Virus record (IMG/VR): IMGVR_UViG_2721755756_000002
Reading direction: 5' to 3' (one strand)
DNA length: 39,596 bases
Source of the DNA: a virus
Lineage: Duplodnaviria; Heunggongvirae; Uroviricota; Caudoviricetes
Shown here: positions 26,891-35,542 of the stretch, one piece after another
Numbering within the stretch: the first letter of the stretch is position 1
Layout of the letters: every line of letters begins with the position of its first letter
Translations under genes and position numbers: made by a program
The notes under the pieces: generated by a model
Told to the model about the DNA's origin: nothing
Database searches by the model: none
What the model saw: the letters and a program-made list of their open reading frames with translations, nothing else

Positions 26891-29800
26891 ATGTATAGCA
26901 CCTCAGAAAGATATAAGAAAGCTATAGCAAGAGATATACAATGGTGGGAATCAAAGCTAGTCATAGACGGTACAGAGTATTTTGACTTTATGAAGTTGGA
27001 TGGTAAGCTTGGGATTTGCGCTGAAGAACACCTTTCCTTCGGAGGAACTGTTTCTGGATACCTGGATGTACAGATTCCAGAAATGACTTCTTCTGTGCAA
27101 TTTATAGGGCGAAAGGCCATTTATTATATTGGATTACATCTGGAGGATTACAATATTGGTGAAGAACCAGACATTGAATGGATCAAAATGGGGGTCTACA
27201 ACATTGTCGATCCTCAACTTAATGATGATGTCGTAACATTTACAGCATATGACAATATGTATAAGACACAGCAGGGATTTTTTAGCAGTCTTTCAAATAG
27301 TAAGCCTGTAGCGGCTGTTCTGAGAGAGCAATGTGCCAAGATAGGTATTACATATGCTGGCGGTGATTCTGGTGAATCTATCAACGTAGAAAAGCTACAG
27401 GGACTGCAAATGCGTGATGCTATCAGCTATATAGCATCATTTTGCGGTAAAAACGCAGTTATGGATCGTGATGGTAACTTGGAGTTAAGATGGTTCTCTG
27501 CTGTTGAATTCACAGCAAGTCCAGATATATGTTCATCAACTTTCAGCGCAGGACAGGAAGATACAATAATCAGAAGAATCACTTGTGCCGTCGATTCTGA
27601 AACAAACCTTAATGCTGGCGGAGATACTGGAAGTCGAATCACTCTATCAAATCCATGTATGACACAAGCACAGCTGAATGCGATATACAACAAAGTGAAC
27701 GGATTTTCCTACCGTTCATGTTCTGTGAATATCATTATGGGACATCCTGAGCTTGATGTAGGTGATATTATTTCTGTGCAAGACTTAGATGGATCCATTT
27801 ATAAAGTGCCCATCATGATTATGGATATCATAGATGATAGTGGAATTCAACAGACAATAACATCTAGCGCAAAAACAGAGCAGCAAGAGCAGTATTCTTT
27901 TCAGGGGAATATCTCACAACAAGTACAAACAAATTACAGTGAGTACATAGCCACAAAGCGGTTGCTTGCAGACACAATCATTGCATATGATGGTAAGTTT
28001 GGAACCATTACTACTGATTTTCTTACTGTAAATCAAAAAATTACAGCACATGAAGGTGAGTTCAGTACATTTAAAGCTGATACAGCGGCTTTCAAGATTG
28101 CGACAGCTGAAGAATTTACAGCTATTCATGCTGCAATAGATAATCTGGATGTTAATACAATCAATGCAGCTCTAGCTAAAATAAACGTTATGGAAGGAAA
28201 TCTAGCCACTATTGATACCATCATAAATGGCCATTTTACTTCTGATAGCGTTCACTCACTGATAATCAATGCAGAAAACACCGTATTCTCTAACTCAGTT
28301 ATAAAGTCGGCCATGATTGACAGTGTAGCAGCTGATAAAGTAACTGCCGGTACGATTGATGCTAGCAGCATACACTTTAAGTCACAGTCAGGTCGATTAG
28401 ATATCTTTGGTGAGACCCTCCAGATTAAAGATATCACAAGGCCAAGAGTACAAATTGGTAAAGATGCATCCGGAGACTACAACATGTATGTCTGGGATGC
28501 CGCCGGGAAGCTGATGTTTGATGCAACTGGCATCACCGCATCCGGTATACAGCGGCCAATTATCGTGGATAGCATGGTGGCTGATAATGCCAATATATCC
28601 GGAGATAAAATAAACATCACCTCATTGGTAAAAGAGATTAACGACGGTACAGAGGTGATAAAGTCTAGCCATATTTTGGTGGATGGAGCTAACCAGTCTC
28701 TATCTGTGGTGTATAATACTATAACCGGTGACATAAGCACGCTGAGCACGGCGTTGTCTGTGGAGCAAGGCAAAATCTCATCATTGATTACTGACGTATC
28801 ACAGGCTAAAGGTGATGTGTCAACCTTGCAGACCAATTACAGCAGCCTCACACAGACTGTATTAGGCATTAACAGTACGGTGTCAAGCCACTCCACTAGC
28901 ATAGATAATCTCAATAACATGGAGATAGGCGGACGGAATCTCATCACTAATACAAGACCGGATAAGGCTGCGGTTAACCATGTAACTAGCAAATGGTCTG
29001 TACAAATTGTTGATGAGGCTACAGCAATCAGCGGTAAGGCGATGCAGGAGACTTGTACGCAAGCAGGAACCGGTGGCTTTTATCATGTTATTCCTCGTAA
29101 ATTAGATCCTGGAAAAAGATATACGTGGGCAGTATATATTAAATCCTCAAAAAATGTACGACTTAGTACTGGCAGTGAACAAGGGGGACAACGCAATTGT
29201 GAAATCACAACCGAGTGGAAAAGGTTTGTGCATACCTTCACAGCTTTAGAAAGCGCGCATTATCAATTTACGTTTTATACAGCTGATTCCACCGTTCCTT
29301 GGGCAGTTGGGGATATCGTATGGTACCACAGTCTTATCTTAGTTGAAGGAGACAAAGCTCAAACATGGGTACCAGCCCCTGAGGATATGGATGCATCTAT
29401 CAAGACAGTATCAGATAAAACATCAACGTTGGAGCAGACGGTCAATGGATTTGATGCTCGTATTACATCAGCAACAAGTACAGCCAGTAATGCTCTTACT
29501 AAGGCTACAGAGCTGTCAGCTACCGTTGACGGATACAATATCCGAATAACAAATGCTGAATCTAATGCAAACACCGCTCTCAGCAAAACCAACACGTTAG
29601 AGCAAAAAGTTACGGCAACATCCTTAATCACTACCATATCATCCGGCATCAGCGGAGGCACAGCATTATCAACGACAAAATTTGTAATGGATGCATCTGG
29701 ATTACATATCAAAAACGGCGGCTTTGACATCAGCAATAACGCTGGTACAAAGGTGTTTAGCGCAGATACAGCCGGTAATCTGAGTATTACAGCTGCTATA

Positions 29801-31066
29801 AATGCTGCCAGCGGTAAAATAGGCAAGTTTACGCTTAATGATGGGTTGATCTATGAAGGGCAATCAACATATAAAGGTATAAGTGGTCAAGTAACCGAGA
29901 AATACTATTTCAATATTAGTCCTAATTCTGCACATAAAGATGTTGGGAATGTAGAACGCAATTTTGTTAGTAGCTGGACTCTACCTTTATTAAAAGTAAA
30001 TACCTCTGGTGAAAATAGTTTCGAGGTATATCCAGATGGATTTTTGCAATCTAGACAAATCAAAATGGGGGATGGAGTTGTTGAGGGGACATTGTATTTT
30101 GGATCATCACAGTATTCAAACAGTGCATTTATAAATTCTGGAGGTAATATCTGGGCTGCTGGGGGTGTACAAGCCAAAAATTTTGTTGCTGCTAATGGTC
30201 AGGGGCTAAGAGTCTTGAATTCTTCTGGAGTCCCAACAACTCTTATTTATACAGATAGCAGCGATAACGCGCGAATCCCTAATAATAATTTTATTGTATC
30301 TAAAGCCATGACGGTTAACGGCTCACTTCATGCAAAAGCGGCATCTTGGATAGGCTCGAATTATTCAACTGGTGGTTGGATTGGAATATATGATTCTTAT
30401 GGTGGTACACGAAAAGGCTATATTGGTTACGGAACCGCCACTGAAACTCAGTTTAACATTTATAACAACGAGGGTGCTCATAATGGCGTAGCTCTGGATG
30501 CTACCGCGAATGGTAACTGGACACATGGGCGATTTATACCACTTTATGGCGGCATGGCACTTGGTTCATCCAGTAATCGTTGGTACAGGCTCTACTCCTC
30601 AGCGGGATGTGATACATCATCGGATATACGACTAAAAAACAGCATAAGAGGGTACGATGATCGTTACGAAGCAATGTATATGGATATGCAGCCGGTCACT
30701 TTCGAGCTTAATGCAGTACCCGGTCAACGGCAAGGCGGTTTAATAGCACAATGGACAAAAGATGCCATGACCAAGCACGGTATAACCGATAGCGAATTCG
30801 GCGCATACAATTACCATCCAGAGGATGATACGTATGGAATCATCTATGAGCAATTAACCTCCCTAAACATGCACATGGTGCAAAAGACCATAAAGCGAGT
30901 GGATAAACACGATGAAGAAATTATGTCAATTTGTCATAGTATGAGCAACCACGAAAATGAAACTGAACAATTGCGAAGGGAAGTGAGAGAGTTGAAGGGC
31001 GAAGTATTCCGTTTAAACAATGAGTTATTTGATGCAAAATCCGCTTTATCTGCTTTACGGAGTTGA
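26891..31066 (+). CDS. Tail tip/fibre protein with carbohydrate-binding-like module and C-terminal S74 chaperone
   Basis: N-terminal baseplate-hub-like part; coiled coils; IGGRNLI...EWKRFVHTF...LVEGDKAQTWVPAPED module; SDIRLKNSIRG S74 motif. Confidence 0.88.
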   Translation: MYSTSERYKKAIARDIQWWESKLVIDGTEYFDFMKLDGKLGICAEEHLSFGGTVSGYLDVQIPEMTSSVQFIGRKAIYYIGLHLEDYNIGEEPDIEWIKMGVYNIVDPQLNDDVVTFTAYDNMYKTQQGFFSSLSNSKPVAAVLREQCAKIGITYAGGDSGESINVEKLQGLQMRDAISYIASFCGKNAVMDRDGNLELRWFSAVEFTASPDICSSTFSAGQEDTIIRRITCAVDSETNLNAGGDTGSRITLSNPCMTQAQLNAIYNKVNGFSYRSCSVNIIMGHPELDVGDIISVQDLDGSIYKVPIMIMDIIDDSGIQQTITSSAKTEQQEQYSFQGNISQQVQTNYSEYIATKRLLADTIIAYDGKFGTITTDFLTVNQKITAHEGEFSTFKADTAAFKIATAEEFTAIHAAIDNLDVNTINAALAKINVMEGNLATIDTIINGHFTSDSVHSLIINAENTVFSNSVIKSAMIDSVAADKVTAGTIDASSIHFKSQSGRLDIFGETLQIKDITRPRVQIGKDASGDYNMYVWDAAGKLMFDATGITASGIQRPIIVDSMVADNANISGDKINITSLVKEINDGTEVIKSSHILVDGANQSLSVVYNTITGDISTLSTALSVEQGKISSLITDVSQAKGDVSTLQTNYSSLTQTVLGINSTVSSHSTSIDNLNNMEIGGRNLITNTRPDKAAVNHVTSKWSVQIVDEATAISGKAMQETCTQAGTGGFYHVIPRKLDPGKRYTWAVYIKSSKNVRLSTGSEQGGQRNCEITTEWKRFVHTFTALESAHYQFTFYTADSTVPWAVGDIVWYHSLILVEGDKAQTWVPAPEDMDASIKTVSDKTSTLEQTVNGFDARITSATSTASNALTKATELSATVDGYNIRITNAESNANTALSKTNTLEQKVTATSLITTISSGISGGTALSTTKFVMDASGLHIKNGGFDISNNAGTKVFSADTAGNLSITAAINAASGKIGKFTLNDGLIYEGQSTYKGISGQVTEKYYFNISPNSAHKDVGNVERNFVSSWTLPLLKVNTSGENSFEVYPDGFLQSRQIKMGDGVVEGTLYFGSSQYSNSAFINSGGNIWAAGGVQAKNFVAANGQGLRVLNSSGVPTTLIYTDSSDNARIPNNNFIVSKAMTVNGSLHAKAASWIGSNYSTGGWIGIYDSYGGTRKGYIGYGTATETQFNIYNNEGAHNGVALDATANGNWTHGRFIPLYGGMALGSSSNRWYRLYSSAGCDTSSDIRLKNSIRGYDDRYEAMYMDMQPVTFELNAVPGQRQGGLIAQWTKDAMTKHGITDSEFGAYNYHPEDDTYGIIYEQLTSLNMHMVQKTIKRVDKHDEEIMSICHSMSNHENETEQLRREVRELKGEVFRLNNELFDAKSALSALRS

Positions 31067-31096
31067 GAAAGGAAGTGATCAAAAGTATCTCGTTTT

Positions 31097-31122
31097 AAAG
31101 GGTGTACGTCAACACCCTTTTA
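31097..31122 (+). terminator. Terminator after the tail fibre gene
   Basis: AAAGGGTGT-ACGTCA-ACACCCTTT(T). Confidence 0.65.
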
Positions 31123-31153
31123 ATTTGCTCAAGAGAGTGAAAGGAGAAGAAAT

Positions 31154-31564
31154 ATGGATATGCTTTACACTGTTTTACTGGCAGATCTCAGCATGGTGCT
31201 GGTCTGCTACGCTATTTTACTGCTGGCTTTTGCAGCCAACGTGGTGCTGAGCCTGTACCACAACATCAATATCACAGGGGAGCATTTTGATGCCAAGCGA
31301 TTGTGGCAGGGAGTCAAAAAAGCTTTGGTGCTGGTCTTTGGCACTATGCTGATGGTTGCCGCCGTAGATGCAGCCACAACGCTGCTCACACAGTATGTGC
31401 CAGATATCAATGAGCAGGTGCATGACCTCATCACCGTGGCTATGATTGCAGCCACAATCGGTGTAGCAGCATGGCGATATATCAAGGATGCATACAGTAC
31501 GTTTATCAATATCCTTAATGGCAAGCCCTCTGAGGTCGCAGCTGCGGTGGATACAAAGGAGTAA
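31154..31564 (+). CDS. Holin
   Basis: Three hydrophobic segments; AAGGAG RBS; upstream of the endolysin. Confidence 0.75.
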   Translation: MDMLYTVLLADLSMVLVCYAILLLAFAANVVLSLYHNINITGEHFDAKRLWQGVKKALVLVFGTMLMVAAVDAATTLLTQYVPDINEQVHDLITVAMIAATIGVAAWRYIKDAYSTFINILNGKPSEVAAAVDTKE

Positions 31565-31567
31565 GAC

Positions 31568-31795
31568 ATGTCGGATGTAATTATTGTGGCTCTGATTGGA
31601 GGCGTATGCACAGCCATACCGTCATTGATAGCAACGGTAGTGATCAACAACAAATCGACAGCTGTCATGCAGTATAAAATAGACGACCTTACAAAAAAAG
31701 TGGAAAAACACAACAATGTTGTAGAACGTATGGCGGTTGCAGAAAACAGTATCAAATCGGCTCATCATAGAATCGATGACCTTATGGAAAAATAG
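31568..31795 (+). CDS. Holin-like/lysis accessory protein (single TM plus coiled coil)
   Basis: MSDVIIVALIGG...KHNNVVERM...SAHHRID pattern common in Firmicute lysis cassettes. Confidence 0.75.
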   Translation: MSDVIIVALIGGVCTAIPSLIATVVINNKSTAVMQYKIDDLTKKVEKHNNVVERMAVAENSIKSAHHRIDDLMEK

Positions 31796-31807
31796 GAGGA
31801 AACAAAA

Positions 31808-32635
31808 ATGGCATTTAAGAAAAGAACAAGCCTGTCCGGATTAACAGGCAGTAATTGGATGGATTGGGCGCTACGGCGTACAGGAGTGGCAATGCCAAAC
31901 TGCTTTACCTATGCTACAGCTCGTATCAGCGAGATTTTAGGGCGAGAGGAGTATTTGGATAGCCCACGGGTAAACGGCGCACAGGAGCTGTGGGATAACT
32001 ACTCAGACGGCTTTAAACGCTCAAAATATGCTGTAGAGGGTGCACTCATGATCTGGCAGTCAGGACAGTGGGGGCATGTAGCAGTTTGTGAGGAACTTAT
32101 TGACACCAACACGATCGCATGGAGCCAGTCCAACTACGGCGGGGCAATGTTTGAATATGTGAAAGGAAATCCGAACGGGTACAAAGGCATGAAATTTTTA
32201 GGATATCTGGTACATGATAAACTGCCGAAAGCAGAGGCAGCAAAACCATCTACTAGTAAGCCGACTACTACTGGCATTAAGGCGGGCAATAAGGTCAAAA
32301 TCAAGTCCAGCGCTAAAAAGTACGCTACTGGTCAGACAATCCCCGCATGGGCTAAAGGCAAGACATATACCGTACAGCAGGTATCTGGCAGTAAGGCGCT
32401 GATTAAAGAGCTTGTGTCATGGGTTAAAACATCCGATTTACAGATGACCGGCGCAGCTGCGGTGATTGCAGTCGGCAAAAAGGTCAAAGTTAAAAAGACG
32501 GCCAAGACCTATGCAACAGGGCAGAGCATTCCGGCGTTTGTAAAAGGTACGACTTACACAGTCATGCAGATCAGCGGGGATAAGGTACTACTGAAAGAAA
32601 TCATGAGCTGGGTACGTAAATCTGATTTGGAATAA
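31808..32635 (+). CDS. Endolysin: CHAP domain plus two SH3-like cell-wall binding repeats
   Basis: PNCFTYA (Cys) and GHVAV (His); two ~55-aa repeats G.KVK.K..AK.YATGQ.IPA..KG.TYTV.Q.SG.K.L.KE..SWV..SDL. Confidence 0.9.
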   Translation: MAFKKRTSLSGLTGSNWMDWALRRTGVAMPNCFTYATARISEILGREEYLDSPRVNGAQELWDNYSDGFKRSKYAVEGALMIWQSGQWGHVAVCEELIDTNTIAWSQSNYGGAMFEYVKGNPNGYKGMKFLGYLVHDKLPKAEAAKPSTSKPTTTGIKAGNKVKIKSSAKKYATGQTIPAWAKGKTYTVQQVSGSKALIKELVSWVKTSDLQMTGAAAVIAVGKKVKVKKTAKTYATGQSIPAFVKGTTYTVMQISGDKVLLKEIMSWVRKSDLE

Positions 32636-32642
32636 GAAAAAT

Positions 32643-32677
32643 AACCACTCATTCCTTCGGGGATGGGTGGTTTTTTT
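32643..32677 (+). terminator. Terminator of the late/lysis operon
   Basis: AACCACTCATTCC-TTCG-GGGATGGGTGGTT followed by a T-tract. Confidence 0.85.
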
Positions 32678-32686
32678 ATGTATAGT

Positions 32687-32715
32687 TTGACAAAAAATTA
32701 CAAAAAATGTATTAT
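32687..32715 (+). promoter_or_regulatory. SigA-type promoter of the post-lysis moron operon
   Basis: TTGACA, 17-bp spacer, TATTAT. Confidence 0.7.
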
Positions 32716-32743
32716 TTAGGTGTGATAATCATGAGGTGAGGGT

Positions 32744-33007
32744 ATGGATTGGACGGGTTTAAATCAAATAAATACTATTTTAGGTATAATCAATGGTGTG
32801 GTTGGTATCATTAATATAGGAACAGCTTTTTGGGGGTGGCTAAATCATAAAAATAAGAAACAGTTTATGGAAAAGCTAGAAAAAGAGCGTATATCTGCTC
32901 AAAAAGAAAATGCAAGAGTATGCCGTACTTGCAAAAGCAATTTCAAGGCACGTATCACCTCACTAGAACAGACCAATAATAAGTTATTAGAAAAAGTTTC
33001 AGGATAG
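32744..33007 (+). CDS. Moron: small TM plus coiled-coil protein
   Basis: GAGGTGAGGG RBS; hydrophobic N-terminus ILGIINGVVGIINIGTAFWGWL. Confidence 0.8.
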   Translation: MDWTGLNQINTILGIINGVVGIINIGTAFWGWLNHKNKKQFMEKLEKERISAQKENARVCRTCKSNFKARITSLEQTNNKLLEKVSG

Positions 33008-33018
33008 GAGGGGGTTTT

Positions 33019-33585
33019 ATGATATACATCATTATAATAAGCTTGATTATAATTATTGTTCCGCCTATTTTTATAATACTCAGTAATTTAGATTATAGGA
33101 AAACGATTATAAGTGAATGTTCACAAGTTTACGGTATAGAATTAAATACCATAAGTGTAAAATATACAATATTAGAAGACAGGGTAGCTAAATATCCTAT
33201 GATGAATAAAGAAATAAAAAGACTCATCAAACTGGAAAAAGATAAATATGTAGATATAAATAAGCTAGTAGTTGGTAAATTTAAAATATCTGATTTGGTA
33301 CCTTTGTGTAAAAGTATACAGTTGTTTAATGAAATTGAAGAGTGTAAGGATAAGGGCGTTATTGATTTATTTGATGATGTGAGAGAAATGAATCATAAGA
33401 TAGCAACAGTAAGGTCGCCTTTAAAATGCAAGATTAATGGTATGAAATCAAAAATACAATTCTTTATTATATTGATTATAGTTAAGCTATTTAACAAATT
33501 TAAGGATTTTACCCGGCAAGATATAGAACAAGTTGAGAAAGATAACGATTTTACAGTTGATTCAAATTTAGGTTTACTTAATTAG
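33019..33585 (+). CDS. Moron: membrane protein with N- and C-terminal hydrophobic segments
   Basis: AGGAGGGGG RBS; very AT-rich. Confidence 0.8.
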   Translation: MIYIIIISLIIIIVPPIFIILSNLDYRKTIISECSQVYGIELNTISVKYTILEDRVAKYPMMNKEIKRLIKLEKDKYVDINKLVVGKFKISDLVPLCKSIQLFNEIEECKDKGVIDLFDDVREMNHKIATVRSPLKCKINGMKSKIQFFIILIIVKLFNKFKDFTRQDIEQVEKDNDFTVDSNLGLLN

Positions 33586-33615
33586 CTACTCTCCACACAA
33601 GAGAGTGGCTTTTTT
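33584..33615 (+). terminator. Terminator of the moron operon
   Basis: AGCTACTCTC-CACACAA-GAGAGTGGCT followed by a T-tract. Confidence 0.75.
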
Positions 33616-33616
33616 A

Positions 33617-33735
33617 TTTACATTTCAACATATAAGTAGTATAGTATATAAGCAATCACTTAATGATTGTATCGCCCTTTTTCCCCCATTATTTGTTCAT
33701 GAGGACGATAAGCCGGCTTTATGTCGGCTTTTTTT
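33617..33735 (+). ncRNA. Candidate sRNA unit 1 (promoter, hairpin, C-rich tract, terminator)
   Basis: TTTACA-17-TATAGT; CAATCA/TGATTG hairpin; CCCTTTTTCCCCCA; AAGCCGGC-TTTAT-GTCGGCTT followed by a T-tract. Confidence 0.5.
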
Positions 33736-33775
33736 GTTAAACATGGAACTTCCAATATTTTACTACGATAATGAT

Positions 33776-33875
33776 TTGCAATTTTTGAAGAAATGCTATA
33801 TAATTTCGTAGTCACTCTTTCATACAGTTTATGCAGTGACAATGGGACAAAAGCCAGCTTATAGCCGGCTTTTTA
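33776..33875 (+). ncRNA. Candidate sRNA unit 2
   Basis: TTGCAA-17-TATAAT; GTCACT/AGTGAC hairpin; AAAAGCC...GGCTTTT terminator. Confidence 0.55.
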
Positions 33876-33914
33876 TTATCGGATTAAAATTAAGGAAAAT
33901 TAAATAATTTAGAA

Positions 33915-34030
33915 TTTACATACGGAGGAAATATGATAGAATGATATTGGCATAATTATATGCTTCTGCCTAGGTATCTTTATGCTATCCATCTAAAAAG
34001 ATGGGGAACCGGTTCTATACCGGTTTTTTT
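33915..34030 (+). ncRNA. Candidate sRNA unit 3
   Basis: TTTACA-16-(TG-n)TAGAAT; GCATA/TATGC and CCATCT/AGATGG hairpins; AACCGGT-TCTAT-ACCGGTT followed by a T-tract. Confidence 0.5.
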
Positions 34031-34069
34031 GTAAAGTTTTATAACATTTAATAAAATAGTATCAATGTA

Positions 34070-34180
34070 TTTACAAATAGTTGATTGAGGTATATAATGA
34101 TTACGTTGCCGCCCATTAAAAAGAAAGGGATACCTAGGCAGTATTTTGCGGCACTTGACCACCTTAATGGTGGTTTTTCA
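34070..34180 (+). ncRNA. Candidate sRNA unit 4
   Basis: TTTACA-17-TATAAT; TGCCGC/GCGGCA long hairpin; GACCACC-TTAAT-GGTGGTT followed by TTT. Confidence 0.55.
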
Positions 34181-34237
34181 TTTATTTTATAAAAAATCCC
34201 GTATTTGATGATTTATTTCCTTTTTTAAATTTTTATG

Positions 34238-34337
34238 TGAGATAATGTGCACGGCAGCATAGATATCTTACTCTCCCCCAAGTCCGTATCATATCTTCCG
34301 AGCGCTGCCAGCTCCTGTCTATGCGCAGGAGTTTTTA
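34238..34337 (+). ncRNA. Candidate sRNA unit 5 (or 3' UTR structure of the convergent gene)
   Basis: TG-n-GATAAT with a weak -35; GGCAGC/GCTGCC and AGATAT/ATATCT helices enclosing CTTACTCTCCCCCA; CTCCTG/CAGGAG followed by T5. Confidence 0.4.
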
Positions 34338-34598
34338 TGGTCTTAAGCTCTCAATAAACCACCTGAATTTTCCGGGACCCATATACTCGTAGTATATAGT
34401 TCTGGTCGCTGCTCCAACCTGCACAACAAACATTTCACCACCACCACCGCAGTTTTTGCTATGGCATTGTGGTTTATGGCGTATGATCTTGTCCACCTCA
34501 TAGCGCTCCCCATCCCATATTAACGCCAGGGGAGTGATATCGCCCATTTTATCGACGAGCATTTCTACTTCTATATATTTTTTGTACATTCTTTGCAT
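34335..34598 (-). CDS. Small beta-rich protein of the family usually found beside Y-family (DinB/UmuC-like) polymerase genes in Firmicute elements
   Basis: KYIEV...DKMGDITPLAL.W.GERYEVDKI...GGGG..F.V.VG...R.IYYE pattern; GAGGTGA RBS. Confidence 0.65.
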   Translation of the reverse strand: MQRMYKKYIEVEMLVDKMGDITPLALIWDGERYEVDKIIRHKPQCHSKNCGGGGEMFVVQVGAATRTIYYEYMGPGKFRWFIESLRP

Positions 34599-34681
34599 AC
34601 TGTCACCTCATTGTTTATGATGATACCACTATTTTTTATAGATACAATAGGTAATGTATTACCATTATTTACCAGACCTTT

Positions 34682-34709
34682 TTGACATCGTTTTATATTA
34701 CAATATTAT
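34682..34709 (+). promoter_or_regulatory. SigA-type promoter
   Basis: TTGACA, 16-bp spacer, TATTAT, upstream of an AAGGAGG RBS. Confidence 0.5.
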
Positions 34710-34728
34710 CCTGCAAGGAGGAACTGTA

Positions 34729-35244
34729 ATGAGAAGATTAAGCAGGAAAAAGGCTTGGAGTATACTGTCGAGTCATAGCATAGTAATTTTGGGACACGGG
34801 GGAGCTACAATTAAAGAGACGAAGGAGGTTATAAAAAACACAGTTGAATTAGTACCGGATGTGATTGAAAGCATGATCGAAAAAAGTAGCATCTACGCAG
34901 CGCAGCACACTGATCAAGCAATTATCTGGAATGATGGCAATGAATTAGAATTTAGATTTTTATTAGACGCTTTCTTAGATGGTGATATTTTATATTTTCG
35001 AGAATACGATGGTAAGCATCCAACCACAACAGCAGTACGAGTGATAATGCTAGAAGAAATAAAGGACACCACAGAACTAGATAACGGGGAAGTAATACAG
35101 CTTTTGATTGAAATGATGGATATAGAAAATGATTATGATGATCTAATATCGCTGAATGAATACATAGAGAACGAGGGCATGGCAGAGGTACTGTTAAAGT
35201 TAGCAAGAGTCTACTGCATGAATATATTAAATGTTAACGGATGA
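34729..35244 (+). CDS. Acidic hypothetical protein
   Basis: AAGGAGG RBS before ATG 34729, which I prefer to the track start 34654. Confidence 0.75.
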   Translation: MRRLSRKKAWSILSSHSIVILGHGGATIKETKEVIKNTVELVPDVIESMIEKSSIYAAQHTDQAIIWNDGNELEFRFLLDAFLDGDILYFREYDGKHPTTTAVRVIMLEEIKDTTELDNGEVIQLLIEMMDIENDYDDLISLNEYIENEGMAEVLLKLARVYCMNILNVNG

Positions 35245-35542
35245 TTTTCTAAAAGAAGTAAATGGAAAGCAAATTGCTATTATATTCTTTTTTTGGAAAA
35301 AAATGGATATAAAATCAGCTCGATTATTAGGTTATAAAACTGAAAAACAGATAAAAGCGATAGATATGACCAGAAAATGCACTGCAAAAGTTAAAAATGG
35401 AAAAATATACCTGCAAAATAGGAAAATATTGGAAAATAAAATATTGAATATTTATCGAGATTGCCATATCCACAATCTTATTTATATCTTGGGAGTGGAT
35501 TTTACATGCACTTTATACATTTTTGATAGCAAGAAGAGGTAA
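35231..35542 (+). CDS. Basic hypothetical protein (uncertain)
   Basis: Overlaps the upstream gene end; no clear RBS. Confidence 0.35.
   Translation: MLTDDFLKEVNGKQIAIIFFFWKKMDIKSARLLGYKTEKQIKAIDMTRKCTAKVKNGKIYLQNRKILENKILNIYRDCHIHNLIYILGVDFTCTLYIFDSKKR

Noticed and set aside
31020-31250. ORF 31020-31250
   Set aside because: Overlaps the fibre stop, a terminator and the holin start in another frame; no RBS.
26891-32635. Diversity-generating retroelement or invertible tail-fibre shufflon
   Set aside because: No reverse transcriptase, no TR/VR repeat pair, and no invertase or repeated crossover sites seen.
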